In this document: positions 8,923 through 17,686 of the stretch, piece by piece
Layout: each line of letters begins with the position of its first letter
Position numbering within the stretch: position 1 is the first letter of the stretch
Assembly: GCA_903931835.1 (NCBI GenBank)
Contig: CAIZEE010000120.1
Span: 1-52,845, forward strand
From: an uncultured Elstera sp.
GTDB taxonomy: Bacteria > Pseudomonadota > Alphaproteobacteria > Elsterales > Elsteraceae
Direction of reading: 5' to 3'
Length of the DNA: 52,845 bases
Notes under the pieces: model-generated
The model's database searches: none
What the model saw: only the letters and a program-made list of their open reading frames with translations
Told to the model about the DNA's origin: nothing
Translations under genes and position numbers: made by a program

Positions 8923-9096
8923 AACCCAGACGATATCGTAATCTTTGACGCTCGGCGAAACTTACGTCGAACGGCAGGGCGGTTACTCGACCAAAGGTAC
9001 ATTTTTAGGTTGTGATTGTCTGCTGCTTCCCCGCAGGCAGATATGAGAGAGGCTTATTCCGCGTGAGCGGGGAGCGCGAAGGTCAGGCCTATTCGC

Positions 9097-11823
9097 ATGG
9101 TTTCCTGGACGCCTAGTCTCAACACCAGTTCGGGAAAGCCCCGGAAGCTGTTGTGGTTTCAGCGTTGGCGACCGTTGATTGCGATTGTCTTTATCGGCGT
9201 GGCGCTGTCCTGCCTTGCCTTCGTCCTCGCCCAACAGGCGGACGACCGGCGCGTCCGCACGTCTCTCGAACTGCGCGCGCAGTGGCGCGCGCAAGACTTC
9301 CAGGCAAAGCTCCTGGCGGCGGCGGCCCCGATCGAGGCGATCGCAACCTACGTCAACACCAACGGCAATTTCACGCAGGAGCAGTTTCTGCGGCTAGCCG
9401 CTGGGACGCGTGATAACGGCGACGCGACCAGGGTCTTTGCCTGGACACCTCTGATCACCGCCGAAAACCGCGCAGCGTTCGAGCAGGCGGCAGAGGCCGA
9501 CGGTCTTGGCCCCTCTTTCATTGTCGAGCGGCGCGGTGATGGGACCGTCGTGCCCGCCAGCAGCCGCGACTTCTACGTGCCGGTCTGGCTCGAGCATCAT
9601 GGACGGACCGGCGTCGGCCCGTTACGCGGGTTGGACCTGGCCGCCGGCGAAAGGCGACGGCAGGCGATCGAGCAAGCGATCGAAACCGGTCGGCCAGTGG
9701 GTGTCGCCCCGGTGCAGTCGCTTGCCGCGCCAAACAGAGGACCCCGGTATGTCGTCACCTGGCCTATTTTCGCCTCGGGCAAAGCGCCCGCCACGCCCGC
9801 TGAACGCAAGGAGCAGATAAGGGGATTTGTCATCAGCGGGGGGGATTTTGAGACGCTGCTGGTGTCGTCGATCAAGGACACGCCCAAGATTGTCGAAGAT
9901 ATCGTCATATATATCGACGGCCAGCCCGATGGATCGGACAAACCGGCGGCGGTTTATCTGACGGATACCGATACCTTCAAGGTGACCGATCTCGACAAGA
10001 TCGGCGACCTGACAAACTCAGATGGGATCGCCATCTCCCGGCAGTTCGAGGTTCTAGACCGCCAATGGACCCTCAATTTCAAATTCAAGCCGGCGATGAT
10101 CAATCAGCTAAGATCCCCGGCATCCTGGCTTTGGCTTTCGGCGGGCCTGTTGCTGACCTTTATGGCAGCGAATTATGCCGGCCGCGAACGCTTGAAGCGC
10201 GTTCGTGTCGAAGCGGTCGCCTTGCAGCGGACGGAGGAACTGACGGCCAGCAACGAGTCGCTCAACAAAGAGGTCGCGGAGCGCGAGCGGGCCGAACACG
10301 CCCTCCTCCACCACACCAATTTATTGGGCAAGACGCTCGAAGCGTCGCCTTTGGCGATCGTCCATCTGGGACCAAACCGCGAAGTGCTGGTCTGGAACCA
10401 GGGTGCAGAAAACATGTTCGGTTATACTTCGGAAGAGGTGATGGGCCGGCAGTACCCAGTTCTGAGGGACGACGACGAGGAAAGTTTCCGTGAACTGCTT
10501 GACCGCCTGGAGAAAGGTGAAACCGTCCGTGATCGCCCGGTAGATCGCCGGCACAAGGACGGTCGAATCGTAAAGGTCAATACATCTGCCGAGGCAGTTT
10601 ATGAGAATGGCGTATTTCAGGGCGTCGTCATCGTTCTGGAGGATATGACGCAACGCTTCGCACTAGAGGCGCAGCTTCGCCAGGCGCAAAAGATGGAGGC
10701 GATTGGCCAGCTCACTGGCGGCCTTGCCCATGACTTCAATAATCTGCTGCTGGTGATCCTTGGCAATCTCGGACTGTTACTCGAAATCCGAGCCGGTGAT
10801 GGCGAGGTTGAGGAGATTTGCCGCGAAGCACGCGACGCTGCGCTGCGAGGAGCAGAACTCATCAGAAGCCTGCTCGCCTTTGCGCGGCGGCAGCCCTTGC
10901 GCCCGGAACCGATCGACGTCAACGCCCTGATCAACTCGCATTTCAGGCTTCTGCAGCGAACCCTGGGCGAACAGATCGAGGTCACTGTCGATCTGGCCCC
11001 CCGCGTGTGGACCGTCATGGCGGATACAGCGCAACTCGAAGCAGCGCTCGTCAATCTGGCGACCAACGCGCGCGACGCCATGCCCAAGGGCGGGCATCTG
11101 AAGATCGCGACATTGAACCGGCGCCTCGACAAGGATTACGCAGCCGAACATCCGGAGGTGGCGCCCGGCGATCACACGATGATCGAGGTCAGCGACAACG
11201 GCGAGGGAATGCCCCCCGAGGTGATCAGCCATATTTTTGAACCGTTCTTTACCACCAAGGAGCGCGGCGAAGGCACCGGTCTTGGCCTCAGCATGGTGTT
11301 CGGTTTCATGAAACAGTCGGGCGGCCACATCAGTGTGTATAGCGAGGTCGGCGTTGGCACGACCTTTCGTTTGTTCCTACCGCGCGCGAAGGAACCAACC
11401 TCCAGCGACGGGGTAACCGCACCACCGTTGATCCCGATCGGGCGCGGCGAGGCGATCTTGCTGGTAGAAGATAATGACTCGATCCGCCGCCTGGCCGTGC
11501 GTCAGCTGACCCAACTTGGCTATCGGGTGCATGATGTCAGCAATGTCGCCGACGCTATCGATTATCTGGAAAGCGGCAGGCTCGTCGATCTGCTGTTCAC
11601 CGATGTCATTATGCCAGGCGGCGCCGATGGCCTGGATCTCGTCCGCATCGTCCGCGCGCGCTGGCCAAGTATCAAAATCCTGATGTCGTCGGGTTTCCCC
11701 AGCACTGACACGGTATCGGAGGATTTCTCTAACCTTAACGCCCGGCTACTCAGCAAGCCCTACCAGCGCGACGAACTTGCACTTCGAGTGCGCGAGGTTC
11801 TCGACGAAGCGGATCCCTCGTGA
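9097..11823 (+). CDS. CHASE-PAS hybrid sensor histidine kinase with C-terminal receiver
   Basis: 908 aa. It has TM1 ([19 protein letters not shown]) and a periplasmic CHASE-like region ([17 protein letters not shown]...[10 protein letters not shown]...RYVVTWPIF), then TM2 and a PAS domain. The H-box is [13 protein letters not shown], followed by HATPase motifs (NARDAM, DNGEGM, GTGLGLS) and a REC (ILLVEDND...[10 protein letters not shown]...SKPY). Confidence 0.9.
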   Translation: MVSWTPSLNTSSGKPRKLLWFQRWRPLIAIVFIGVALSCLAFVLAQQADDRRVRTSLELRAQWRAQDFQAKLLAAAAPIEAIATYVNTNGNFTQEQFLRLAAGTRDNGDATRVFAWTPLITAENRAAFEQAAEADGLGPSFIVERRGDGTVVPASSRDFYVPVWLEHHGRTGVGPLRGLDLAAGERRRQAIEQAIETGRPVGVAPVQSLAAPNRGPRYVVTWPIFASGKAPATPAERKEQIRGFVISGGDFETLLVSSIKDTPKIVEDIVIYIDGQPDGSDKPAAVYLTDTDTFKVTDLDKIGDLTNSDGIAISRQFEVLDRQWTLNFKFKPAMINQLRSPASWLWLSAGLLLTFMAANYAGRERLKRVRVEAVALQRTEELTASNESLNKEVAERERAEHALLHHTNLLGKTLEASPLAIVHLGPNREVLVWNQGAENMFGYTSEEVMGRQYPVLRDDDEESFRELLDRLEKGETVRDRPVDRRHKDGRIVKVNTSAEAVYENGVFQGVVIVLEDMTQRFALEAQLRQAQKMEAIGQLTGGLAHDFNNLLLVILGNLGLLLEIRAGDGEVEEICREARDAALRGAELIRSLLAFARRQPLRPEPIDVNALINSHFRLLQRTLGEQIEVTVDLAPRVWTVMADTAQLEAALVNLATNARDAMPKGGHLKIATLNRRLDKDYAAEHPEVAPGDHTMIEVSDNGEGMPPEVISHIFEPFFTTKERGEGTGLGLSMVFGFMKQSGGHISVYSEVGVGTTFRLFLPRAKEPTSSDGVTAPPLIPIGRGEAILLVEDNDSIRRLAVRQLTQLGYRVHDVSNVADAIDYLESGRLVDLLFTDVIMPGGADGLDLVRIVRARWPSIKILMSSGFPSTDTVSEDFSNLNARLLSKPYQRDELALRVREVLDEADPS

Positions 11824-11865
11824 CGGGGCTGCGTCAGTTCGGCGTCGGGAGATCGAGGGCCTGGG

Positions 11866-12201
11866 TTAGCGGGAGGCCACGGTGATGACGATCGGCGCGT
11901 CGGACACAGAATCACACTTGGTCAACTGCGGTCGCTGATGGGCATATTTAAGAGCCGAAACGAGCTTGCCGACGGCATCGCAAACACTGCCGCCGGTAAC
12001 GGTAACACGGCCGACGGAGACGGATGCCACGCGAGGATCGATCTGTGGCTTCGGCAGGCCGGCCTGGGCGGCCCATTGTTCAACCGCATCGGACAGGCTC
12101 GCCTCGGTCGGGGTTTCCCAATGATGCTTTTCCAGCGCCGGGCCCGAACCGATCACGGTGACGGAAACGGCGATGGCAGCGCTGGCTACGAAAGCGGACA
12201 T
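11866..12201 (-). CDS. Small secreted protein, function unknown (weak TcpQ/PilL-like resemblance)
   Basis: 111 aa with a hydrophobic N-terminus (FVASAAIAVSVTVIG) and two Cys. The segment SLSDAVEQWAAQAGL...AVGKLVSAL loosely resembles TcpQ-type pilus accessory domains. It is divergent from the pilus operon. Confidence 0.5.
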   Translation of the reverse strand: MSAFVASAAIAVSVTVIGSGPALEKHHWETPTEASLSDAVEQWAAQAGLPKPQIDPRVASVSVGRVTVTGGSVCDAVGKLVSALKYAHQRPQLTKCDSVSDAPIVITVASR

Positions 12202-12269
12202 TTGATCGTTCGATCCATTTCGAGAGGCGAATCTGGATATGCGGCTGAGAAACAGTTCGTTCCAGAGTG

Positions 12270-12289
12270 TTGTAAGGTTGCGCTTACAA
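12270..12289. promoter_or_regulatory. Palindromic candidate operator TTGTAAG-gttgcg-CTTACAA
   Basis: Perfect 7-bp inverted arms read directly. It is 69 nt upstream of the 11866..12201 gene start and 182 nt upstream of the pilin ATG. Confidence 0.5.
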
Positions 12290-12365
12290 ATTTAAAATTC
12301 CCTTACGCGGCTCTGACACCAAAACCGCGAGTGTCAGCAAATGGCCAATAAAAATCACCGAGCTG

Positions 12366-12390
12366 ACAATTCCAAAAACTACTTAACTCG
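12366..12390 (+). promoter_or_regulatory. 25-nt conserved box ACAATTCCAAAAACTACTTAACTCG, pilin leader
   Basis: Differs at one position from 16546..16570. It starts exactly 105 nt before the pilin ATG (12471), as its twin does before the ATG at 16651. Confidence 0.55.
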
Positions 12391-12470
12391 TCTGCATTCA
12401 CAATTATCACGACAGTGCTCTGGCAGGCCGAACCCAACCCAACGGGCTTGCGGTAACCAGGAGCAAGTCG

Positions 12471-12989
12471 ATGATTACCGTATTCAACTCCAAACGTTTT
12501 CTGATCACTGCCAGCACGGCAGCCATGCTTGTGTCGGGCCTGTTCGCGCCATCAGCGAATGCATCGACAACGACAACGTCGGCCTTCCCGGTGACAGCCA
12601 CCGTGTTGTCGGCCTGCATCGTCACGGCCTCGCCGCTCGCCTTCGGCAACTACAACCCGACCTCGGCAACGCCGTTGACCGCCAACACCAACGTCCTGGT
12701 CACCTGCACGTTCGGCACGCCCTACAATGTGGGACTGAACCAGGGTCTCGGCACCGGCGCTACGATCACCAATCGCAAGATGATGTCCGGCGTCAATTCC
12801 CTGACCTATCAGCTATTCCAGGACGCGGGCCACACGACCAATTGGGGCCAGACGATCGGCACCGACACCGAAACCGGCACCGGCACCGGTGTGGCGCAGA
12901 ACTATGTCGTCTATGGCAGCATCCCGGCCTCGCAAGTAGCACCCGCCGGCCTTTATGCCGACACCATCACCGTATCCGTAACCTACTGA
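12471..12989 (+). CDS. SCPU-domain (spore coat protein U / Csu-type) pilin subunit
   Basis: 172 aa. It has a signal peptide ending SANA, a Cys pair (SACIV...LVTCTFG), a Thr/Gly-rich body and a C-terminal beta-strand ADTITVSVTY, typical of SCPU/CsuA-B-like subunits. RBS AGGAG lies upstream. Confidence 0.85.
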   Translation: MITVFNSKRFLITASTAAMLVSGLFAPSANASTTTTSAFPVTATVLSACIVTASPLAFGNYNPTSATPLTANTNVLVTCTFGTPYNVGLNQGLGTGATITNRKMMSGVNSLTYQLFQDAGHTTNWGQTIGTDTETGTGTGVAQNYVVYGSIPASQVAPAGLYADTITVSVTY

Positions 12990-13008
12990 CATCCGCCGAA
13001 AGGGGCGA

Positions 13009-13752
13009 ATGATCATGCGGTCACTTTCGAAATTGCGAGGCAGCCCCCTTACCGGCGTCTGCCTTGCGATCGCGATCTGCATGCTGGCTGGCGGCGCGCT
13101 CGCAGGAGAAATCAAGCTCAGCACGGTCAGGCTCGATTTGTCCGATCGGCAGACAAGTACCTCCCTCACCTTGACGAATGCCGATCCCGAGAAGACGGTG
13201 ATCCATCTGCGTGCTCTGTTATGGAACCAGAGTAACGGGCATGACGCGGTCGAGCCGACAGATGACCTAATCATCAACCCGCCTATCGCCGAAATCGCGT
13301 CAGGAGCCTCTCAGCTCGTCCGCATCGGTTATCGCGGCAAGTTGCAGACAGCGAGTGAGAAATCCTATCGGCTGCTCGTCGAGGAAGTACCGCAGCGCGA
13401 CCGCGAGCACAAACAAGTGGTCGAAACCTATCTGAAAATCAGCGTGCCGATTTTCATTGCCCCCCTCGACAAGCCGGAGGCCAAGCTTACCGCAGCGTTC
13501 TCGCACGATATGACCGACGCTCTGGTGCTCCATAATGCCGGTGCGGCGCATATCCGCGTCGTCAAATACGGCGTCTCCAGCGGCGGCGCCGCACTGGCGG
13601 CAGCCCATCAGGGTCTGTTCTATGTGCTGCCCGGCGCCAATCTTCTGTTGCCCCTCGATCCGCACGAATTGAAACCGGCTGCATCAGCCGTGCTCGATGT
13701 CATGAGCGATGAGGGGCCCATGCAATTGCCCCTGGCGCCGGCTTCCGAGTGA
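13009..13752 (+). CDS. Periplasmic pilus chaperone (PapD/CsuC-like)
   Basis: 247 aa with a signal peptide and an Ig-like chaperone pattern (LVRIGY...KSYRLLVEEVP...LKISVPIFIAP). It lies between a pilin and an usher. Confidence 0.85.
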   Translation: MIMRSLSKLRGSPLTGVCLAIAICMLAGGALAGEIKLSTVRLDLSDRQTSTSLTLTNADPEKTVIHLRALLWNQSNGHDAVEPTDDLIINPPIAEIASGASQLVRIGYRGKLQTASEKSYRLLVEEVPQRDREHKQVVETYLKISVPIFIAPLDKPEAKLTAAFSHDMTDALVLHNAGAAHIRVVKYGVSSGGAALAAAHQGLFYVLPGANLLLPLDPHELKPAASAVLDVMSDEGPMQLPLAPASE

Positions 13753-13758
13753 AGCCGC

Positions 13759-16053
13759 ATGTCGCCCCGCCTTTTCTGGGCGTCACTTGTCTGTGTCGTT
13801 CTGGTTCTGGTTGTGTTTCCTGGGGCATCACGCGGCGCCGATGACGAGGAAAGACTGATCCTGAGCCTGACGGTGAACGAACGCCGCGTGGACGACGCGG
13901 CCCTGGTGCTGCGCCGGGCGGATGGGTTCTATGTCGCGCGCGCCGCGTTGGTCGACGCGCGGATCATTGTCGATCCAAAGGTCAAAATCGTCCAGGGCCC
14001 GGGCAGTGCCGAATATGTTGCCTTGTCGAGCCTCGAAGGTTTGGTCGTCGATTTCGACAGCGGCGCTCAAGATCTCAAAATCCAAGCGGACGCGAAGCGG
14101 CTGACGACCGAAGTGGTCGAGGCTAACAAACCCATCCCGATCACTGTCGAGCCGCCCTCATTCGGCGGCTTCGTGAATTACGACATTGTCGGCCAGGTCG
14201 GCGACGATCCAGCCTATCTCTCGGGCCTGTTCGAAGCGGGCGCCTTCATCGCCGACGGGACGCTGATCGGTACCGGCCTAGCGCGCGCCGCCAATGGCGT
14301 GCCCGGCTTTCTGCGCCTCGAAACTTCCTTCACCAGGGATTTCCCCGACGATCTGATACGCCTCAAAATCGGCGACTCGATTTCGCGCGGCGGCGATTGG
14401 GGACGCCCCTATCGCTTCGGCGGTATTCAAATCGGTACTGATTTCTCGACGCAGCCGGGCTTCATCCCCTATCCGCTGCCGAGTTTCGCCGGTCAGGCCG
14501 CTCTGCCATCGACCATCGACGTCTTCGTCAATGACACGCTGCGCTATCGCGGCTCGGTCGATCAGGGACCGTTTTCGCTCAATCAGATCCCGACGGTGGT
14601 CGGTGGCGGCGAAGCCCGCGTCGTGCTGACCGATCCGCTCGGCCGACAGCAAAGCGCCACCCTGCCCTTCTATGTCAGCCCGCAGACGCTACGCGAAGGC
14701 GTATCGGATTTCTCCTACGAGGCCGGATTCCTGCGCACCGGGTATCAGATTTCGAATGGCGGTTATAGCGATTTCACGATGTCGGGAACGCAGCGCTATG
14801 GGCTGACCGACAGCCTGACAGTCGAAGGGCATGGCGAAGCGACCCTGTCGCGCGGAACGCTGGGCGCAGCCCTCACGAAATCCTTCATAGGCGTCGGCGA
14901 CATAACCGCCGAGGCCGCCGGCGGCGACGGGCCCAACGGCGGCGGATGGCTTACCGGCGTCGGTTTTTCGCACACCAGCGACTGGTGGAGCGTCGGGTTC
15001 AGGCAGCGCTGGCTATCACCCGAATTCGACCGTGACCGGCCGGTCCTGTCGGTTATCGGCACGCCGGAACGCGCCGAATCGCTCGTCAACGGCAGTGCTT
15101 CCTTCAAGGATGTCGGGTCGTTCAGCCTGTCGATCGCGCGACAGAGCTATCAGGACCTTCCAAGAGCGTTGGTGAGCTCTGCTTATTGGAGCCTTGCCGT
15201 ACGCGACGACACGATTTTGAGCGCCTACGCGCTCGACTCGCGCCAGGGACCGCACGTTGCTACCATCGGTTTTACGCTGACATTCCTGTTCGGCGGTTCG
15301 ACCACTGGTTCGGTGGAGGGCTACTCCCGCAATCATGTGCCCGGCGGCGATGCAGAGATACGTCATCAACCGGATTTCGACTCCGGTTGGGGCTGGGGCG
15401 CCATCGCGTCGCAAGGGGTGCCCAATCGCATCGGCGGCGACACGACATGGCGAACCCCGGCCGGGGATTTCGGCGCTGCTATCGATCATTTCGATGGCCG
15501 GACGGATGGCCGTCTCACTGCGAGCGGCGGATTTGCCATCGCCGACGACAAAATCTTCGTTACCAGACGGGTCGACGATGCGTTCGGCGTGGTCTCGATC
15601 CCAGGCTTCCCGGATATCACGGTGATGCAGGAGAACCGTCCAATCGGCAAGACGGACGACGATGGCGACGTATTCCTGCCCAAACTGATGTCGCATTACC
15701 CAAACAAGATCAGCGTCGATCCCGCCGATTTCTCGCTCGACGCCGACATTCATGATATCGAGCAATTGGTGACGCCCGGATATCGCACCGCGATCAAGGT
15801 CACGTTCGACGCCCATATGACGGCATCCAAGCTCCTGACCATCCGCCGCCCCGATGGCGCTCCGATCGACGCCGGCGTGCAGGTCACGCGAGTCAAGGAC
15901 GGGAAGGAATTCCATTCAGGCTTCGAAGGCGAAGTCTACGTCGACGGCGAACCGGGGGATGCCTTTCGGGTCGAGGATATCGCCGCCGCGTGTTTCATCC
16001 ACTTCCCTACACCGAACGCCTCAACCAAAATCGCTTGCCAGGCAGCACCATGA
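13759..16053 (+). CDS. Outer-membrane pilus usher (CsuD-like)
   Basis: 764 aa with a signal peptide and a beta-rich Gly/aromatic composition. It sits immediately after the chaperone, and its stop overlaps the next start (ATGA). Confidence 0.85.
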   Translation: MSPRLFWASLVCVVLVLVVFPGASRGADDEERLILSLTVNERRVDDAALVLRRADGFYVARAALVDARIIVDPKVKIVQGPGSAEYVALSSLEGLVVDFDSGAQDLKIQADAKRLTTEVVEANKPIPITVEPPSFGGFVNYDIVGQVGDDPAYLSGLFEAGAFIADGTLIGTGLARAANGVPGFLRLETSFTRDFPDDLIRLKIGDSISRGGDWGRPYRFGGIQIGTDFSTQPGFIPYPLPSFAGQAALPSTIDVFVNDTLRYRGSVDQGPFSLNQIPTVVGGGEARVVLTDPLGRQQSATLPFYVSPQTLREGVSDFSYEAGFLRTGYQISNGGYSDFTMSGTQRYGLTDSLTVEGHGEATLSRGTLGAALTKSFIGVGDITAEAAGGDGPNGGGWLTGVGFSHTSDWWSVGFRQRWLSPEFDRDRPVLSVIGTPERAESLVNGSASFKDVGSFSLSIARQSYQDLPRALVSSAYWSLAVRDDTILSAYALDSRQGPHVATIGFTLTFLFGGSTTGSVEGYSRNHVPGGDAEIRHQPDFDSGWGWGAIASQGVPNRIGGDTTWRTPAGDFGAAIDHFDGRTDGRLTASGGFAIADDKIFVTRRVDDAFGVVSIPGFPDITVMQENRPIGKTDDDGDVFLPKLMSHYPNKISVDPADFSLDADIHDIEQLVTPGYRTAIKVTFDAHMTASKLLTIRRPDGAPIDAGVQVTRVKDGKEFHSGFEGEVYVDGEPGDAFRVEDIAAACFIHFPTPNASTKIACQAAP

Positions 16054-16523
16054 AAACGCCGATCGCCGTTGCTCTGGCCGTCAGCCTTACAGCCTCACCA
16101 GCGGCGGCCTTGTCGCTTGCCTCTTGCGCGGTCGGATCTACGCCGGTTGCCTTCGGCACCTATGATCCAACAAGCGGCGTACCGGTAGCCTCGATCGGCA
16201 CCGTGACCGTGTCGTGCAATCTGATCGTCGGCGTATCCCTGTTTGTCGCGTATTCGATCACCTTGTCGACCGGCAGCGGAAGCTACACGCAACGCACGAT
16301 GCATTCGGGGGGAATGGCGCTCGGCTATAATCTCTACAGCAGCTCCAGTTATGGCAGCGTGTGGGGCGACGGCACGGGTGGCTCTTCGCCCCAGTCGGAC
16401 GCCTATCTGTTGGGGTTAGGAAGCACGATCAAGAACTATCCGATATATGGCCGCATTCCGGCGTCTCAGATCGTCGGCGCCGGCACTTATAGCGACAGTA
16501 TCGTTGTGTCCGTGACCTATTAG
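16050..16523 (+). CDS. Second SCPU-domain pilus subunit (minor or tip subunit candidate)
   Basis: The internal ATG at 16050 gives 157 aa: a signal peptide (MKTPIAVALAVSLTASPAAA), a Cys pair (ASCAV...TVSCN) and a terminal SDSIVVSVTY strand, parallel to the first subunit. The track ORF 15990..16523 has an implausible extension inside the usher. Confidence 0.8.
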   Translation: MKTPIAVALAVSLTASPAAALSLASCAVGSTPVAFGTYDPTSGVPVASIGTVTVSCNLIVGVSLFVAYSITLSTGSGSYTQRTMHSGGMALGYNLYSSSSYGSVWGDGTGGSSPQSDAYLLGLGSTIKNYPIYGRIPASQIVGAGTYSDSIVVSVTY

Positions 16524-16545
16524 ACGCCGTGTGTCGGCGCGCCTT

Positions 16546-16570
16546 ACAATTCCGAAAACTACTTAACTCG
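16546..16570 (+). promoter_or_regulatory. 25-nt conserved box ACAATTCCGAAAACTACTTAACTCG, second copy
   Basis: Twin of 12366..12390 (24/25 identical). It starts 105 nt before the ATG of the small ORF at 16651. Confidence 0.55.
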
Positions 16571-16650
16571 AACGTACCCGTGCCCTCACCGATACTGTTC
16601 ATGCAGGCCGCACCGACGAGCTTGTAACCGGAACACCGAGGAGCAACCCC

Positions 16651-16818
16651 ATGACCAGCGTAATCAATCCCCAGCATTTCATGCTCGTTATCGGCGCGTT
16701 GTCCTGCCTAATTTGCGGCATGTTCAGCCAATATCTGTACAACCACGACCTTAGCGTTTCACACAACGGCAATCGCGCCGCCAACATGCATCGCCACGCG
16801 AATACCGCTCGCCCTTAG
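16651..16818 (+). CDS. Candidate 55-aa single-pass membrane peptide (not in ORF track)
   Basis: Hand translation: MTSVINPQHFMLVIGALSCLICGMFSQYLYNHDLSVSHNGNRAANMHRHANTARP*. RBS GAGGAG is 7 nt upstream. There is one hydrophobic helix and an Asn/His-rich tail. Its leader is homologous to the pilin leader. Confidence 0.35.
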   Translation: MTSVINPQHFMLVIGALSCLICGMFSQYLYNHDLSVSHNGNRAANMHRHANTARP

Positions 16819-16860
16819 TCCCGGGCAAACGGCCCGATATAGGGGTGCTCTATCGGGCTG

Positions 16861-17577
16861 CTAGTTGCGCTTCGGCACGAACATATAGCCGGCGCCGCGA
16901 ACGGTTCGGATCAAGCTCGGCAAGTCAGGATCAAGGTCGAGCTTCTTGCGCAGATTGCTCACGTGAACATCGATACTGCGGTCCATAGGATCCCAATCGC
17001 GCCCGGCGGCAGCGCTCATCAAATCGTCGCGCACAATGACACGGCCCGGATTGCGAACCAGCAGCGCTAGGATTCGATATTCCGCCTGTGTCAGATGAAG
17101 CAGATCGCCATCGTCGGATTTCACCAACTGGCTGGTCGGGTCAAGCACCCAGCCGGCAAAGCTGATCTTCTCATCGGCAGGCGCCTCCACCTGGATTGCC
17201 GCCTTCTCCGTCCGTCTCAGAATCGTCCTGATCCTGGCGAGCAATTCGCGGAACTCGAACGGCTTCGACAGATAGTCGTCAGCCCCCAGTTCCAGCCCGA
17301 TCACCTTATCGATCGTCTCATTCTTGCCGGTCAGCATGATGATCGGCACATCGCTGCGCGCACGAAGCCATTTCAAGGCACTCCAGCCATCCTCGTCGGG
17401 CAATCCGACATCGAGCAGCACAAGATCGACCTGTGTCGACTCGACGGTTCTGCGCATCGCTGCGACCGTATCGGAATCCGATACCGCGTAGCCTTCGCGT
17501 TCGAGATAGGTATGCAGCAATTTGGCGATCGACCGATCGTCCTCGACCGCTAAGATTTTGACTTTATTCGTAATCAT
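16861..17577 (-). CDS. OmpR/PhoB-family DNA-binding response regulator
   Basis: 238 aa. REC (ILAVEDD...LVLLDVGLPDEDG...SKPF) plus a winged-helix output (LTQAEYRILALL...IDVHVSNLRKKL...IRTVRGAGYMF). There is no adjacent kinase. It lies 110 nt downstream of the last che-operon gene on the same strand. Confidence 0.95.
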   Translation of the reverse strand: MITNKVKILAVEDDRSIAKLLHTYLEREGYAVSDSDTVAAMRRTVESTQVDLVLLDVGLPDEDGWSALKWLRARSDVPIIMLTGKNETIDKVIGLELGADDYLSKPFEFRELLARIRTILRRTEKAAIQVEAPADEKISFAGWVLDPTSQLVKSDDGDLLHLTQAEYRILALLVRNPGRVIVRDDLMSAAAGRDWDPMDRSIDVHVSNLRKKLDLDPDLPSLIRTVRGAGYMFVPKRN

Positions 17578-17686
17578 ATCAGCCCCACTCGTTGCCCAGT
17601 CCTGATCCGCAGCGGCGTCGACGCTCTTTGCTCAAGGGACCCACGAAACTGGCATTTTGGAAGGTTTTCTCTCCAGCTCCACGCCA

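Noticed and set aside
16833-16857. Hairpin CCCGATA-N11-TATCGGG between the convergent small ORF and the OmpR regulator gene
   Set aside because: It is a possible bidirectional terminator, but there is no T-tract on either side and the stem is short. Too weak to annotate.
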